From positions 1-64,000 of IMG/VR virus record IMGVR_UViG_3300021389_000005: a stretch of 64,000 nucleotides of DNA; one strand, 5' to 3'. Origin of the DNA: a virus. The notes beneath the pieces are model-generated. The model saw only the letters and a program-made list of their open reading frames with translations, was not told the DNA's origin and ran no database searches. This document shows, piece by piece, positions 1 through 9,769 of this stretch. A program made the position numbers and the translations under genes. Position 1 is the first letter of the stretch, and each line of letters begins with the position of its first letter.

Positions 1-1
1 T

Positions 2-1003
2 TGGTTAGATATGGCTATTGAATTAATGCAAGATGGTTATGCAGGAGACGCTACTAAAAAATTAAAGCAATTTAATAAAAAATGTAAGGATGTTCTTAAT
101 GGAAAAGATATTGGTTCAGCTTTTGAATCAGTTACTGAAGGTATGTCTAAGTCTGCTATTAAAAAAGCCATCAAAGTTATTGATCAACAGATTGAAGATG
201 AAGAAGGTGGAGATGGTGAGCCATTAGATAATGAAACTCTTCAAGCACTAGAGCAAGAAAGAGAAAGATTACTAGGAATGAATGAAGGTAAATTCTCGCC
301 AATGGGATATGCTAAGAGAGTTGTAGATGGAAGTATTAAAATAAAGGATGCCATGAAAGAAGCTGGTATTTCTTTAGGTAATATAGCTAAATTGATCAAG
401 AAGGTAGACAAATCATTTGATGTTGATGCAGCATTTTTAGAAAAGAATGTAATGCAAGATGATCCTGAAAAATTCGTTGAATCTAGTAAGCTTAAGTATA
501 TTAGAGTACTTAATGAAGGTGTAGATAATTACACATATAGTAATTGGATTAAAGAGAATGGCAAGATTAAATATCCTAAGTGGATTGAGGAACAACGCAA
601 AGAAGTTATTAAGCAAGGATTAATGCAACCCGTATATGATTCTGAATCTCAGAATATGATTATTTGGATTAATTCTTTTGGTAAGAAGTTTTTCCCTATA
701 AATGCTGATTCAAAAAAGAGAGAAAAAGAATTTGGTAAAAACGGTTCTGAATTTATAAATAGATTCTATAATGATTTAACTGGATATAGTGCTTTCTTTT
801 GGCAAGCTGCTACGATTTGTTTAGAGATCATTAGACAAATAGAAGATCTGCAAGTAAATGGCGAACCAATAGAGCCAAGTTATTATCTAGCAAAAGAATA
901 TTTTAATAACCACGGCCTAGATACTAAGAGAAGTAGAATATTCAATAGCGCTACTGAAAAGCTAGCAGTGTGGATGAAAGATAACAATATCGAAACTTTA
1001 TAA
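2..1003 (+). CDS. Hypothetical phage protein, probably 5'-truncated; possible processed head/internal protein
   Basis: Frame is open from position 2 to the ATG at 11; 330+ aa; internal MNEG/LNEG/FVES sites resemble Glu-specific prohead protease sites. Confidence 0.6.
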   Translation, partial: WLDMAIELMQDGYAGDATKKLKQFNKKCKDVLNGKDIGSAFESVTEGMSKSAIKKAIKVIDQQIEDEEGGDGEPLDNETLQALEQERERLLGMNEGKFSPMGYAKRVVDGSIKIKDAMKEAGISLGNIAKLIKKVDKSFDVDAAFLEKNVMQDDPEKFVESSKLKYIRVLNEGVDNYTYSNWIKENGKIKYPKWIEEQRKEVIKQGLMQPVYDSESQNMIIWINSFGKKFFPINADSKKREKEFGKNGSEFINRFYNDLTGYSAFFWQAATICLEIIRQIEDLQVNGEPIEPSYYLAKEYFNNHGLDTKRSRIFNSATEKLAVWMKDNNIETL

Positions 1004-1012
1004 ATTAAGTCT

Positions 1013-1020
1013 GATATATA
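1013..1020 (+). promoter_or_regulatory. Putative late promoter GATATATA
   Basis: Same octamer recurs shortly upstream of many structural genes. Confidence 0.6.
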
Positions 1021-1046
1021 ATAAAAGAAAACAATAATACAATATT

Positions 1047-1598
1047 ATGGCAAAACAAATATTATCGTTCGAAGACTACAGTAAGAATCTTAAAGGATCT
1101 GACGTAGGAGAACACGAAAACCCAGAAGGGTACCCAGCACCTGAAGGAGAAACTGATGATGTTGAAGATTTTAACGACGAAGAAGTTGAAGAAACTGAAG
1201 AAGTAGCGGATGCTAAAGACGTTGAAGAAACTGAAACTGAAGAAGTTGAAGAAGAAGACGAACAAGGAACTGAAGAATCTGAAGAGATACTAAAGGTTGC
1301 TGAACAAATGGTTAAAACTTACAAAAGCGTTGTAATGGAAGCTTGCGAATTTAGCGGTGATGATTACGAGGACCATACATTAGAAACTTACATGAAAGAA
1401 AATGCTGCATTAGCGGCAACTCTAGCTGCTCAAGCATTAGAAGAAGCTTACGAAAAGATTAACGAAGATATTGAAATGTCTAACGAAACTTACGAAGCTA
1501 TGATGAATGAAATGAAAGAAGCTTACTGTAATAAGATTGATCAATGTAGAGAGGCATTCACTGGAGATCCAAGAGGTGCTGCTGAAGAAGAAGCATAA
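1047..1598 (+). CDS. Highly acidic protein with capsid-targeting-like N-terminus (scaffold/internal protein candidate)
   Basis: MAKQILSFEDY N-terminus, very E/D-rich, GATATATA upstream. Confidence 0.55.
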   Translation: MAKQILSFEDYSKNLKGSDVGEHENPEGYPAPEGETDDVEDFNDEEVEETEEVADAKDVEETETEEVEEEDEQGTEESEEILKVAEQMVKTYKSVVMEACEFSGDDYEDHTLETYMKENAALAATLAAQALEEAYEKINEDIEMSNETYEAMMNEMKEAYCNKIDQCREAFTGDPRGAAEEEA

Positions 1599-1614
1599 TC
1601 AATACAATTTTAAT

Positions 1615-1640
1615 AAACTTTTTAAGAAGTCCGTGTATAA
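1615..1640 (+). promoter_or_regulatory. Putative middle-class promoter AAAC-N17-TATAA
   Basis: AAAC 1615-1618, TATAA 1636-1640; same 17-nt spacing at 4625, 46375, 46600, 61330. Confidence 0.65.
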
Positions 1641-1656
1641 TACATGGACTTTTTTT
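1627..1656 (+). terminator. Intrinsic terminator
   Basis: AAGTCCGTGTA-TAA-TACATGGACTT stem (one G-U) followed by a T run, after the 1047-1598 stop. Confidence 0.75.
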
Positions 1657-1669
1657 ATTTTAACAAGAT

Positions 1670-2176
1670 ATGCCTAGAATACCAGTAGACTTAATATACA
1701 TGCAGATGGCTTACCAAATATCTAAGCTTTCTTATGCTAAACGCAGACGTGTTGGTTGTATTATTGTAAAAGATACACAAATTATATCAACCGGATATAA
1801 TGGAACTCCTTACAATTTTGAGAACGATTGTGAAGAATTACAAGTTAGAGATATAGATAATGCAAATCATAAAAAAGTTTTAGAAGAAAAAGGATATGAC
1901 TGTGAAGACGGTTGTTGTTCTAAAGAAGTAACTAAAAGAGAAGTCTTACACGCAGAATCAAACGCATTAGCAAAAATAAGTCGTTCTACGCTTTCGTCAG
2001 AAGGTGCAGACATGTACGTAACAATGTCACCTTGCTTTGACTGCGCAAAATTAATTATTCAATCAGGTATTGCAAGAGTATTTTATTCAGAAAGTTATAG
2101 AGATATGACTGGAGTAGAATTACTAGAAAAAGCAGGTATCACAGTAAAAGAAGTTGTATGCTGGAACGATCTATAG
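1670..2176 (+). CDS. cd: dCMP deaminase
   Basis: RRVGC...STGYNG, HAESNA and SPCFDC zinc-deaminase motifs. Confidence 0.93.
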   Translation: MPRIPVDLIYMQMAYQISKLSYAKRRRVGCIIVKDTQIISTGYNGTPYNFENDCEELQVRDIDNANHKKVLEEKGYDCEDGCCSKEVTKREVLHAESNALAKISRSTLSSEGADMYVTMSPCFDCAKLIIQSGIARVFYSESYRDMTGVELLEKAGITVKEVVCWNDL

Positions 2177-3888
2177 ATCAAATCATAGACAGTGCCTTAA
2201 AGGCCAACACATTTGGAATAGGTTTTGAATTTAGAAAAAACCAAAGAGAAATCATAACTAAAATATGTGAATCCTATAAAAAAGATCCAGATTCTACTGT
2301 TGTAATAGATGCACCTACTGGGAGTGGAAAATCCCTTATAGCAATGTGGTCTTCGTATGTCATGAAAGAAATGGGTAAACGAGGTTACTTAGTAACTAGT
2401 GATTTGACATTACAAGATCAGTACGAATCAGATTTCATGAGACTTAAATTAAATTGGCCATCTATTAGAGGTGTAGACAATTATGAATGTAGTGTAAATG
2501 GTTTACCATTCTCATTAGGAGATTGTAAACTAAAAGGAATGGGATATGAAGCTGCTAAAGAATTATCTTGTTATAGTTCTTGTGAATATTTACAAAACAG
2601 ATCTAGGGCAATTCATCAACCAATAGCTTTATTGAATTACGCGTTCTGGTTAATTCAAAGAAATTACGTTGATGCCAAAATGCAACTAGATGATAGACCT
2701 GTTCCATTTGAAAAAAGAGATTTTGTGTTTTTCGATGAAGCACATAAAATAGATGAGATTGTTCAGGGACATTTTAGCCCTAGAGTTGATCCTTCATTAG
2801 TAGATAAAATACTAGAAGCTACTAGATTTTCAAATAAGCAAGGTTTTGGTAGTAGTGCATATACTCGAGGTAAACTAACAAGTCTTGTTAATGATTTAAT
2901 GAAAGGAGATAAATCTACCGTGTTTGAAGCATTACAAGAATTCGATGTTATTCTTAAGGTATATGGTAAAATCAGAAATGAAGGTAATAAAGCCGCTAAG
3001 CTTAGGTACAAAAGTCAAACTCTCCCAAGAGATTGGCAAAAAGCTTTCGGTATTTTTGATAGACTAAAAGACACTCATTGTAAAATTAACGATTATGTTG
3101 CTCTTATAAAATCAGTAGGTGTAGATAAAATGGTACTTGATCAAAGAGAAGAAGAGTCTACATTTAAATGTGTTGAAGAGGCACTTATGATAAACAAATA
3201 CTTGCATGAGAAATCAGGATTTAAAGTATTTATGAGTGCAACTATTGGAGATCCAAGATCTTTTGTAAAAATAATGGGAATTAAGAATGCACAGTTTATT
3301 AGATTAGACAATGTATTTAATTATGAAAAATCTCCTGTTGTTTTTATAAACAGACACAAGCTAACATATAGAGAGAAGGTCAAGAGTTTACCACATGTAG
3401 TTGCTATCTTAGATCAGATTATAGATAAACACAAGGGTCAGCGCGGTATCATTCACACTGGATCATATGAGTTTACTAACTATATTAAACAAAACACTAA
3501 GCATCCTTTTAGAATTATGGACTATGAAAATTCTAAAGAGAAAGCAGGTATGATTGAATTATTTAAGAAAAAAGAAAATGGTGTATTAATGGGACCATCT
3601 TTATTAGAGGGACTAGATCTTAAGGATGATACAAGTAGATTTCAAATATTTTTTAAAGTACCGTATCCTAATTTAAATGAACCACTAATCAAAGCTAAAT
3701 TAAATAAATCAAATGAGTGGTATGATTGGAAAACGGGCATCAGTGTAATGCAAGGTGTTGGAAGGTCAGTGAGAAGTGAAAATGATTGGGCTATCACATA
3801 CATCCTGGATGCTAGCTTTAAAAACCTGATAAATAAGAAGGGATTCTTCCCTCCATCCTTTTTAGAAAGGCTTAAAACTATAAAATAA
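2158..3888 (+). CDS. dinG: DinG/XPD-family ATP-dependent helicase
   Basis: APTGSGKS Walker A, DEAH, SAT, EGLD, QGVGRSVR motifs; Cys cluster consistent with an Fe-S domain. Confidence 0.88.
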   Translation: MLERSIDQIIDSALKANTFGIGFEFRKNQREIITKICESYKKDPDSTVVIDAPTGSGKSLIAMWSSYVMKEMGKRGYLVTSDLTLQDQYESDFMRLKLNWPSIRGVDNYECSVNGLPFSLGDCKLKGMGYEAAKELSCYSSCEYLQNRSRAIHQPIALLNYAFWLIQRNYVDAKMQLDDRPVPFEKRDFVFFDEAHKIDEIVQGHFSPRVDPSLVDKILEATRFSNKQGFGSSAYTRGKLTSLVNDLMKGDKSTVFEALQEFDVILKVYGKIRNEGNKAAKLRYKSQTLPRDWQKAFGIFDRLKDTHCKINDYVALIKSVGVDKMVLDQREEESTFKCVEEALMINKYLHEKSGFKVFMSATIGDPRSFVKIMGIKNAQFIRLDNVFNYEKSPVVFINRHKLTYREKVKSLPHVVAILDQIIDKHKGQRGIIHTGSYEFTNYIKQNTKHPFRIMDYENSKEKAGMIELFKKKENGVLMGPSLLEGLDLKDDTSRFQIFFKVPYPNLNEPLIKAKLNKSNEWYDWKTGISVMQGVGRSVRSENDWAITYILDASFKNLINKKGFFPPSFLERLKTIK

Positions 3889-4469
3889 TGGCATATACAT
3901 CAATAATCATCGACGACTTTTATGAAAACCCAGATGAGGTTAGAGAATTTGCACTTTCACAAGAGTATAATGTTAGTGGTAATTTTCCTGGAAGCAGAAC
4001 TATTCCCTTTTTAAATGACAGCATTGAAGGTTATATTTCAGATCATATAAAACCTCTTCATGGCAAAATAACATGGCTAACTGAAGAATATACTGGATCT
4101 TTTCAGTATACCACACAGGAAGACAGAAGTTGGATTCATGCAGATGAAAATAATAAATGGGCTGGAGTTTTATATTTAACACCAAATGCACCACTCACAG
4201 GTGGAACTGGAATTTTTAAACATAAAGCAACTGGTCTATATAAGATACCTAGGCTTTCTAACGGAGAAATAGATACACAACTAACTGAAAGACTATATAC
4301 AGACTCGAGAGACATGACAAAATGGGAAATGGTAGATTTTATTGGAAACATATATAATCGCCTAGTTATTTACCAAGGTGATTTATTTCACACATCTCTC
4401 GATTATTTTGGAACAGATATTAATAACGGAAGATTGTTTCAAACATTCTTCTTTGACACAGAAAAATAA
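3888..4469 (+). CDS. 2OG-Fe(II) oxygenase-like protein (DUF6445-like)
   Basis: IIIDDFY.NPD.VR start, HxD (WIHAD), YNRLV, distal His (LFH) and RL motif. Confidence 0.75.
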   Translation: MAYTSIIIDDFYENPDEVREFALSQEYNVSGNFPGSRTIPFLNDSIEGYISDHIKPLHGKITWLTEEYTGSFQYTTQEDRSWIHADENNKWAGVLYLTPNAPLTGGTGIFKHKATGLYKIPRLSNGEIDTQLTERLYTDSRDMTKWEMVDFIGNIYNRLVIYQGDLFHTSLDYFGTDINNGRLFQTFFFDTEK

Positions 4470-4474
4470 AAAAT

Positions 4475-4696
4475 ATGGGATTTAATAAAATGTATTTACC
4501 AGAAGTAGAAGAATTAAAACAATTCTTAAAAGATAATGGAAACCAAAGATTCATAGAAAGATGGTGCGTACCTTTTCAAAAAAGAGATGCAATCATTGGA
4601 CCTGAAGGCTCAATTGAGTTTATTAAACAATTTTTAAAACAAGAGTATAATGATAGTAGAACTGTTAACACTAATTTATCAGACTCTGCTAAATAA
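4475..4696 (+). CDS. Hypothetical protein
   Basis: 73 aa ORF tightly packed in the operon. Confidence 0.6.
   Translation: MGFNKMYLPEVEELKQFLKDNGNQRFIERWCVPFQKRDAIIGPEGSIEFIKQFLKQEYNDSRTVNTNLSDSAK
4625..4650 (+). promoter_or_regulatory. Putative middle-class promoter AAAC-N17-TATAA (intragenic)
   Basis: AAAC 4625-4628, TATAA 4646-4650. Confidence 0.5.
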
Positions 4697-4724
4697 GCGT
4701 GAACCGCTTAAAATAAAAGAAGAT

Positions 4725-5321
4725 ATGAGTGTAGATCAAAAAGAAATTAAAGAAACTCCTGCAGCTATGTATGTTTGGGGTAAAACAGAAAAAGCTGGCA
4801 AAATAGTTACTGAAGACAAGGACAAGTCAGACGCGAAATTTATGGCATTTGATGATGGTTCTAGATGTGCGCGTAACTTAGTAGGTGAAATGTTATTGTT
4901 AGCTAGGAATCAAGAAGATGCAAATAACCTTGCACTTGGTTTTAATCCTGCAGCTAATGTATCGGCGAATGATAAAAACGTAGATCATCAAGAAGCACTT
5001 GACACTGCTTCGGAAAAAGGATCTACTGAGTTTCAAGAACCAGCATCGAGTGAAATTAATGTTATGATGGAGATGCTCAGAAAAATGAGTGCTAAAAATC
5101 ATGCAAGTATGCCAGTAAAGGTTAACATTCCTTCAAAGGATGTTTATGATCTATTTAAAGATCAGATGGATATTACTAAAAAAGACCTTAATTCACAAAT
5201 AGGGCTGCTAGTAGAAAGTCAGATAGATAATCTAAGAGAGCAATTAAAAGAACAAATAGAATCATTTATTAAAAATTATTATAATGGAACAACAACAAAA
5301 TCAGGCAACGCCAAATCGTAG
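4725..5321 (+). CDS. Hypothetical protein
   Basis: ORF track starts at 4650; ATG at 4725 (MSVDQKE) avoids the overlap and lies downstream of the promoter motif. Confidence 0.6.
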   Translation: MSVDQKEIKETPAAMYVWGKTEKAGKIVTEDKDKSDAKFMAFDDGSRCARNLVGEMLLLARNQEDANNLALGFNPAANVSANDKNVDHQEALDTASEKGSTEFQEPASSEINVMMEMLRKMSAKNHASMPVKVNIPSKDVYDLFKDQMDITKKDLNSQIGLLVESQIDNLREQLKEQIESFIKNYYNGTTTKSGNAKS

Positions 5322-5676
5322 ACAAAGAAGAGCTTACTTAAAGCAACAAGGTATTATTAAGGCACTTGCTAAGATGCCATATTTTGGTGAAGTTAGATCT
5401 AAAGTTAGATCTGAAAATATTGCATATGGTAAAAAGTTGCATGCAGAAAACACTAGACGCATTGAAGAATTAAATGCTACTAGATTAGAAGCTGCATTGG
5501 ATCTAGCTAAAAATTCATGGAAGAAGCAAGGTTACAATGCTACTGAAATGGAATTGTTAGAAGAGGCATGGGCTCTTCATGCAATTAAAGATAAAGAGAC
5601 TTATCGAGAAGATAAGAAAAAGAGAAAGCAATTGTTAGCACAGGTTAAAGAATCAGTAACTAACAGAACAAAATAA
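5284..5676 (+). CDS. Hypothetical basic protein
   Basis: 130 aa, PNRRQRRAY N-terminus, K/R-rich. Confidence 0.65.
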   Translation: MEQQQNQATPNRRQRRAYLKQQGIIKALAKMPYFGEVRSKVRSENIAYGKKLHAENTRRIEELNATRLEAALDLAKNSWKKQGYNATEMELLEEAWALHAIKDKETYREDKKKRKQLLAQVKESVTNRTK

Positions 5677-5684
5677 TCTACTGA

Positions 5685-6005
5685 ATGATTACAATTAGCA
5701 TAGAACCAGCCGATAACGGTTTAATTAAATTTGTGTTTGATGATAACGTTAATGGTGGTGGAGAAGAATACACGTCTAGGACAGTATATGAGTTCGAAGG
5801 TCCTAAGACAAGACCAAATCAAATTAAATTTCTTAAGGAATTAGTTATGGATTTAGGACTGTCTACTGGTACACAATTAGATGCTAATGAACTAAGTATA
5901 CAATCTGGGTGGGGTGTAAAATATCAACCTAATCAGAAAGAATTAAAACTAAAGATCCAAGAACTTGAGACTAGACTTAAGCACTATAGATCACAAATAC
6001 AATAA
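5685..6005 (+). CDS. Hypothetical protein
   Basis: 106 aa ORF, C-terminal coiled-coil pattern, TAATG coupling to the next gene. Confidence 0.65.
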   Translation: MITISIEPADNGLIKFVFDDNVNGGGEEYTSRTVYEFEGPKTRPNQIKFLKELVMDLGLSTGTQLDANELSIQSGWGVKYQPNQKELKLKIQELETRLKHYRSQIQ

Positions 6006-6409
6006 TGACTTTAAGAATAGACGGAGTTTGGTGCAAAACTAAGACAGAATTTGAAAAATTAGCGAAATCTAGAGATTATGATCTCGCGGTATCATATTTT
6101 GATATTTTTAATCGTTTGATTAAAAGTGATCCATATGGATCAGAACCATCGTCTATTATTGTGGCACTCTATATTAGAAAAATGCTACAAAAACTAATCA
6201 CAGATTCTAGTGAAGTTGAAGAGATTTCAATTGCATACATGTTTAAAGAACTAGACACTAAAAGCGTTTTAGGATTTAAAGACTTTATAACTGATCTTGT
6301 TCAAGATCGAGACATTAGCTTAGACTTAACTATTATCAATAGATGTGATTACCCTAAAAGAGGTGTTCTCAGTAGGTTTGATAACGTTAAGTTTATAGAT
6401 AATGATTAA
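6005..6409 (+). CDS. Hypothetical protein
   Basis: 134 aa ORF with overlapping start/stop on both sides. Confidence 0.65.
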   Translation: MTLRIDGVWCKTKTEFEKLAKSRDYDLAVSYFDIFNRLIKSDPYGSEPSSIIVALYIRKMLQKLITDSSEVEEISIAYMFKELDTKSVLGFKDFITDLVQDRDISLDLTIINRCDYPKRGVLSRFDNVKFIDND

Positions 6410-7001
6410 ACATAAACTATTTTCTAAAGGAGAGCAAGTTCAAGCATTGATCTCCACTACTCAAAACCCTAACGTACTTATCCCTGTTAGGGCAACTATC
6501 TATGATGTCAAATTTGATGACACTAATCCAAAGTATCAAATTAGAATTAAAAAGTTCTATGATAATGCATACTTTCTAAAAAAGAACATTTTTGGAGGAA
6601 GATTTATTAAAAACTTTGAAGGAAAGGACACAAAATTAAATGTCAAAAGAGCTGGTTATAATACTGTTAAAGAAATAGAAGATAATTTATTTAATGGTGA
6701 TAAATGGAAGAACTATCTAATAGTGGTAGACTCTGTGTTCTGCACCAAGACTCGCAGTGAACAGATTGAACTGTTCAATAATATACAAACGTTTCAAATA
6801 CAAATGTGCATAAAAGAGCTCTATGAGCTTACTAATAGAGCCACATATAGCAACGGACAATTCTTTTATAATTCGCAAGGTGAATTTGTTGCATCCCTTA
6901 AAAAATTCTTAGGTAATCGGTTACCATCCGATCCAAATTGGAGCGCTGATCTCTTATATCGTCCAGAATCTTCTGAAATGGACGATGTAGAATGGGTTTG
7001 A
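6402..7001 (+). CDS. Hypothetical protein
   Basis: 199 aa ORF in operon. Confidence 0.65.
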   Translation: MIKHKLFSKGEQVQALISTTQNPNVLIPVRATIYDVKFDDTNPKYQIRIKKFYDNAYFLKKNIFGGRFIKNFEGKDTKLNVKRAGYNTVKEIEDNLFNGDKWKNYLIVVDSVFCTKTRSEQIELFNNIQTFQIQMCIKELYELTNRATYSNGQFFYNSQGEFVASLKKFLGNRLPSDPNWSADLLYRPESSEMDDVEWV

Positions 7002-7045
7002 TATATACTTTAGAGAAAATTATATTAATGTAATATATTTTTCTA

Positions 7046-7053
7046 GATATATA
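7046..7053 (+). promoter_or_regulatory. Putative late promoter GATATATA (second copy at 7000-7007)
   Basis: Opens the baseplate gene block. Confidence 0.6.
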
Positions 7054-7072
7054 AAATAAACCATTACAAATA

Positions 7073-8896
7073 ATGCCAGAAAATTATTTTACTTATATTA
7101 GCGGTCCTGTAGGCCCTAAGTATGTTTTGGAAGATTTCGACGGTTCTCAGTTTGAAACTTTTAGACCTGATATCGATGAAAACGGAGAGGCAACATTGAA
7201 TGGATTTCCAATAAGAGGATTCCCTGTTGAAGAAAAGGAAGAAGAAACAGTAGATTCTCAAGGTAATACGACTATCGATGCGGCTGCACAAGATACTCCA
7301 CCTAATTCTAATAGTATATATGGTGTAAACGAGGTGGATTCTAGAAAATATACCGTTGGTAAAACCGTTAGTGGAACAGGTGGAGATAAGATAGAGGATG
7401 CTGGAACATCTGTTTCTGCAGGAAAAGGTCTTAATGCAAAAATGAACGCATGGTCTTTACATAAATATAAAAACCGTTCTGATTCCTCTAAAGATGACAT
7501 GTCAAGTGGTAAAGATGGTTATAACAAAGCGGTGTTCCATAATAATTTGCAATTCGCATATTCCCCAACTGCCAGTAACATCGTAAACGAATCTAAAGAA
7601 CATCCTTCTATTGCATATACTTATAGTTATAATGATTTTATACAAGCAGAACATTATGGTAAAATATCTAATGATTATTTAATTACACTAAGAAGATTTC
7701 CATATCCTGTTCAAGATGATCTTAAGAACATGATGATTCCTGGAAAAGACGGAAAGCCAATTGATGGCTCTATGCCAGATATAGCGAGAGCTATTACTTG
7801 GATGTCTCCTAAATTAGGTAATGAAATGAAAGCCATTCTTAAATTTGGAACTAAATTTAATTGGAAAGAGGTAGAATCTGAAATTCAAAAAATTACAGCA
7901 AGTGCTGGTAAAAAAGGTAAAGTAGGTGCGATGATTGACGGAAGCCCACTACTTAGTGCTGTAAACGCAGGTGTAAACAATGTTAGTCCAGAACAAGCTA
8001 TTAGAATAAAAGACAAAGGTGCTGGTTGGGATCCAACAAGTGAGACATATCCTAATAAAGTATTTGGTCCTTTAAATGTAATTAAAAAGGTTTTAACTAA
8101 ACAACAAGGTTTAGAATTCGATCAAACATTTGAACTTAATTTTCACTACGACCTTAAAGGATATGCAGATACTAGTCCTAAAGTTGCATTTATGGACACC
8201 TTATCTAATATACTTGCACTAACATATAACAATGCTCCTTTCTGGGGTGGTGCTACAAGAGGTTTAGGTAGTGGTAGTATTGGTAAACCATTTGGTGATA
8301 TTGCTAAACTTAAAAGTGGTGATTATAAAGGATTCTTAAGTTCTGTTGGTGATCAAATTAAAGGTGCAGCCGGTTTTGCATTAGGTGATCTTGGAAATGC
8401 AGTAAAAGGTGTTGCTAATGGTAAAGGTATAAATGCATTAGGTGATTCTAAGATTTTAGATAATATCGTAGGTGGTGGTTTAATGAAATTAATGAATGGC
8501 CCACAAGGTGCATCAACTGTTGCAGCATTTTTAACAGGTGATCCAACTGGACAATGGCACGTTACTATAGGTAATCCATTGAATCCGATGATAGTTTGTG
8601 GAAACTTAGCAATGATGGAAAGTAAAATAGAATTTGACGGGCCGATTGGTTATGAAGGTTTTCCTACTAAATTAAAGCTTACGTGTCAAATGAAGCCTGG
8701 TAGACCAAGAGATAAAAGTGAAATAGAATCAATGTTTAATGCAGGTAGAGGTAGAACTTATCTACAACCAGACGTTGAAGGATCTATTGATGTAAACGAA
8801 ATGTTTGATGTAAGTGCATACGGTGGAAAAGATAAAACTGCTTCACATGTTACTAAAGCATTCCTTAAGAGAGTTTCAGATCTTAACGCTGGATAA
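7073..8896 (+). CDS. Putative baseplate/tail-tube initiator protein (gp48/gp54-like)
   Basis: 607 aa directly upstream of gp53-like and hub genes; Gly-rich helical insertions; call mainly from context. Confidence 0.45.
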   Translation: MPENYFTYISGPVGPKYVLEDFDGSQFETFRPDIDENGEATLNGFPIRGFPVEEKEEETVDSQGNTTIDAAAQDTPPNSNSIYGVNEVDSRKYTVGKTVSGTGGDKIEDAGTSVSAGKGLNAKMNAWSLHKYKNRSDSSKDDMSSGKDGYNKAVFHNNLQFAYSPTASNIVNESKEHPSIAYTYSYNDFIQAEHYGKISNDYLITLRRFPYPVQDDLKNMMIPGKDGKPIDGSMPDIARAITWMSPKLGNEMKAILKFGTKFNWKEVESEIQKITASAGKKGKVGAMIDGSPLLSAVNAGVNNVSPEQAIRIKDKGAGWDPTSETYPNKVFGPLNVIKKVLTKQQGLEFDQTFELNFHYDLKGYADTSPKVAFMDTLSNILALTYNNAPFWGGATRGLGSGSIGKPFGDIAKLKSGDYKGFLSSVGDQIKGAAGFALGDLGNAVKGVANGKGINALGDSKILDNIVGGGLMKLMNGPQGASTVAAFLTGDPTGQWHVTIGNPLNPMIVCGNLAMMESKIEFDGPIGYEGFPTKLKLTCQMKPGRPRDKSEIESMFNAGRGRTYLQPDVEGSIDVNEMFDVSAYGGKDKTASHVTKAFLKRVSDLNAG

Positions 8897-8910
8897 AATT
8901 AAGATATAAT

Positions 8911-9750
8911 ATGGATTTTAAAACACTAATAAATAAAACATACGATACGGTCAAATTAATAATGACTCAGCCAACCATGATCTTTAGAAATAAAGAAAAT
9001 GCTGAAATTATAGCAAAGCATGTTGTTACTGAAGATGATAAAGTTAGACCTGATTTGATTGCACTAAAATATTACGGAGATGACACTAAAACAGACATGA
9101 TCTTAAAATATAATAGAATATCTGATCCGTTTAGCATAAATCCGGGTGAAATTATATTAGTACCTTCGCCTGATACTGCATATTATAGATTAGAAAGGCC
9201 GATGTCATTTGAAGATAACATAGTTAAAAGACAGTTTATAGATACTAAAAGATTAAGTCAGAAAGATCAAAAAAGAATAGAGGCTCTTAAAAAGAAATAT
9301 AATAAAGAAACTCTTTTGCCACCTAATGTTATTCCAGTGGGTAAAAAGAATTACGAGTTTAACGGAAATCAAGTTAGGTTGGGTGCACAGGTTCAAACAG
9401 ATCCAGTTACTGATTCTATTACTGCTGAAATTATTGCATCTCAGAATGAAGAAAAGAGCCCAAGAGAATTGGTAGAAGAACAACAAGGTTCTGATTTTGA
9501 TGGTAATGGTAGCGGTGACGGTACTGGCAACGGTACTGGTAATAACGGTACAACAGATACTACCGCTGAAAACCAATTTGAGGATGGATCAGGAAAAGGT
9601 GGATCAACTGGATCAGGTGGAAGTGGAGTCGATGGTAATAAAACAGATGATGCAGATCCAATTGGGGATAATAACAACGGAACAGACGGTCCTGCTGGAC
9701 AAGATACCGGTGGTGCTGGTGGAAGTGAAGATTCACCGTGTGCCAAATAA
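8911..9750 (+). CDS. gp53: Baseplate wedge protein, gp53/LysM-like, with a Gly/Asp-rich tail
   Basis: RPDLIALKYYGD...ILKYNRISDPFSINPGEIILVP LysM-like signature. Confidence 0.7.
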   Translation: MDFKTLINKTYDTVKLIMTQPTMIFRNKENAEIIAKHVVTEDDKVRPDLIALKYYGDDTKTDMILKYNRISDPFSINPGEIILVPSPDTAYYRLERPMSFEDNIVKRQFIDTKRLSQKDQKRIEALKKKYNKETLLPPNVIPVGKKNYEFNGNQVRLGAQVQTDPVTDSITAEIIASQNEEKSPRELVEEQQGSDFDGNGSGDGTGNGTGNNGTTDTTAENQFEDGSGKGGSTGSGGSGVDGNKTDDADPIGDNNNGTDGPAGQDTGGAGGSEDSPCAK

Positions 9751-9769
9751 TTTGACTAATAAACAATAG

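Noticed and set aside
9480-9750. GC-richer Gly/Asp repeat tract as a foreign insert or ncRNA
   Set aside because: Explained by the low-complexity protein tail of the gp53-like gene
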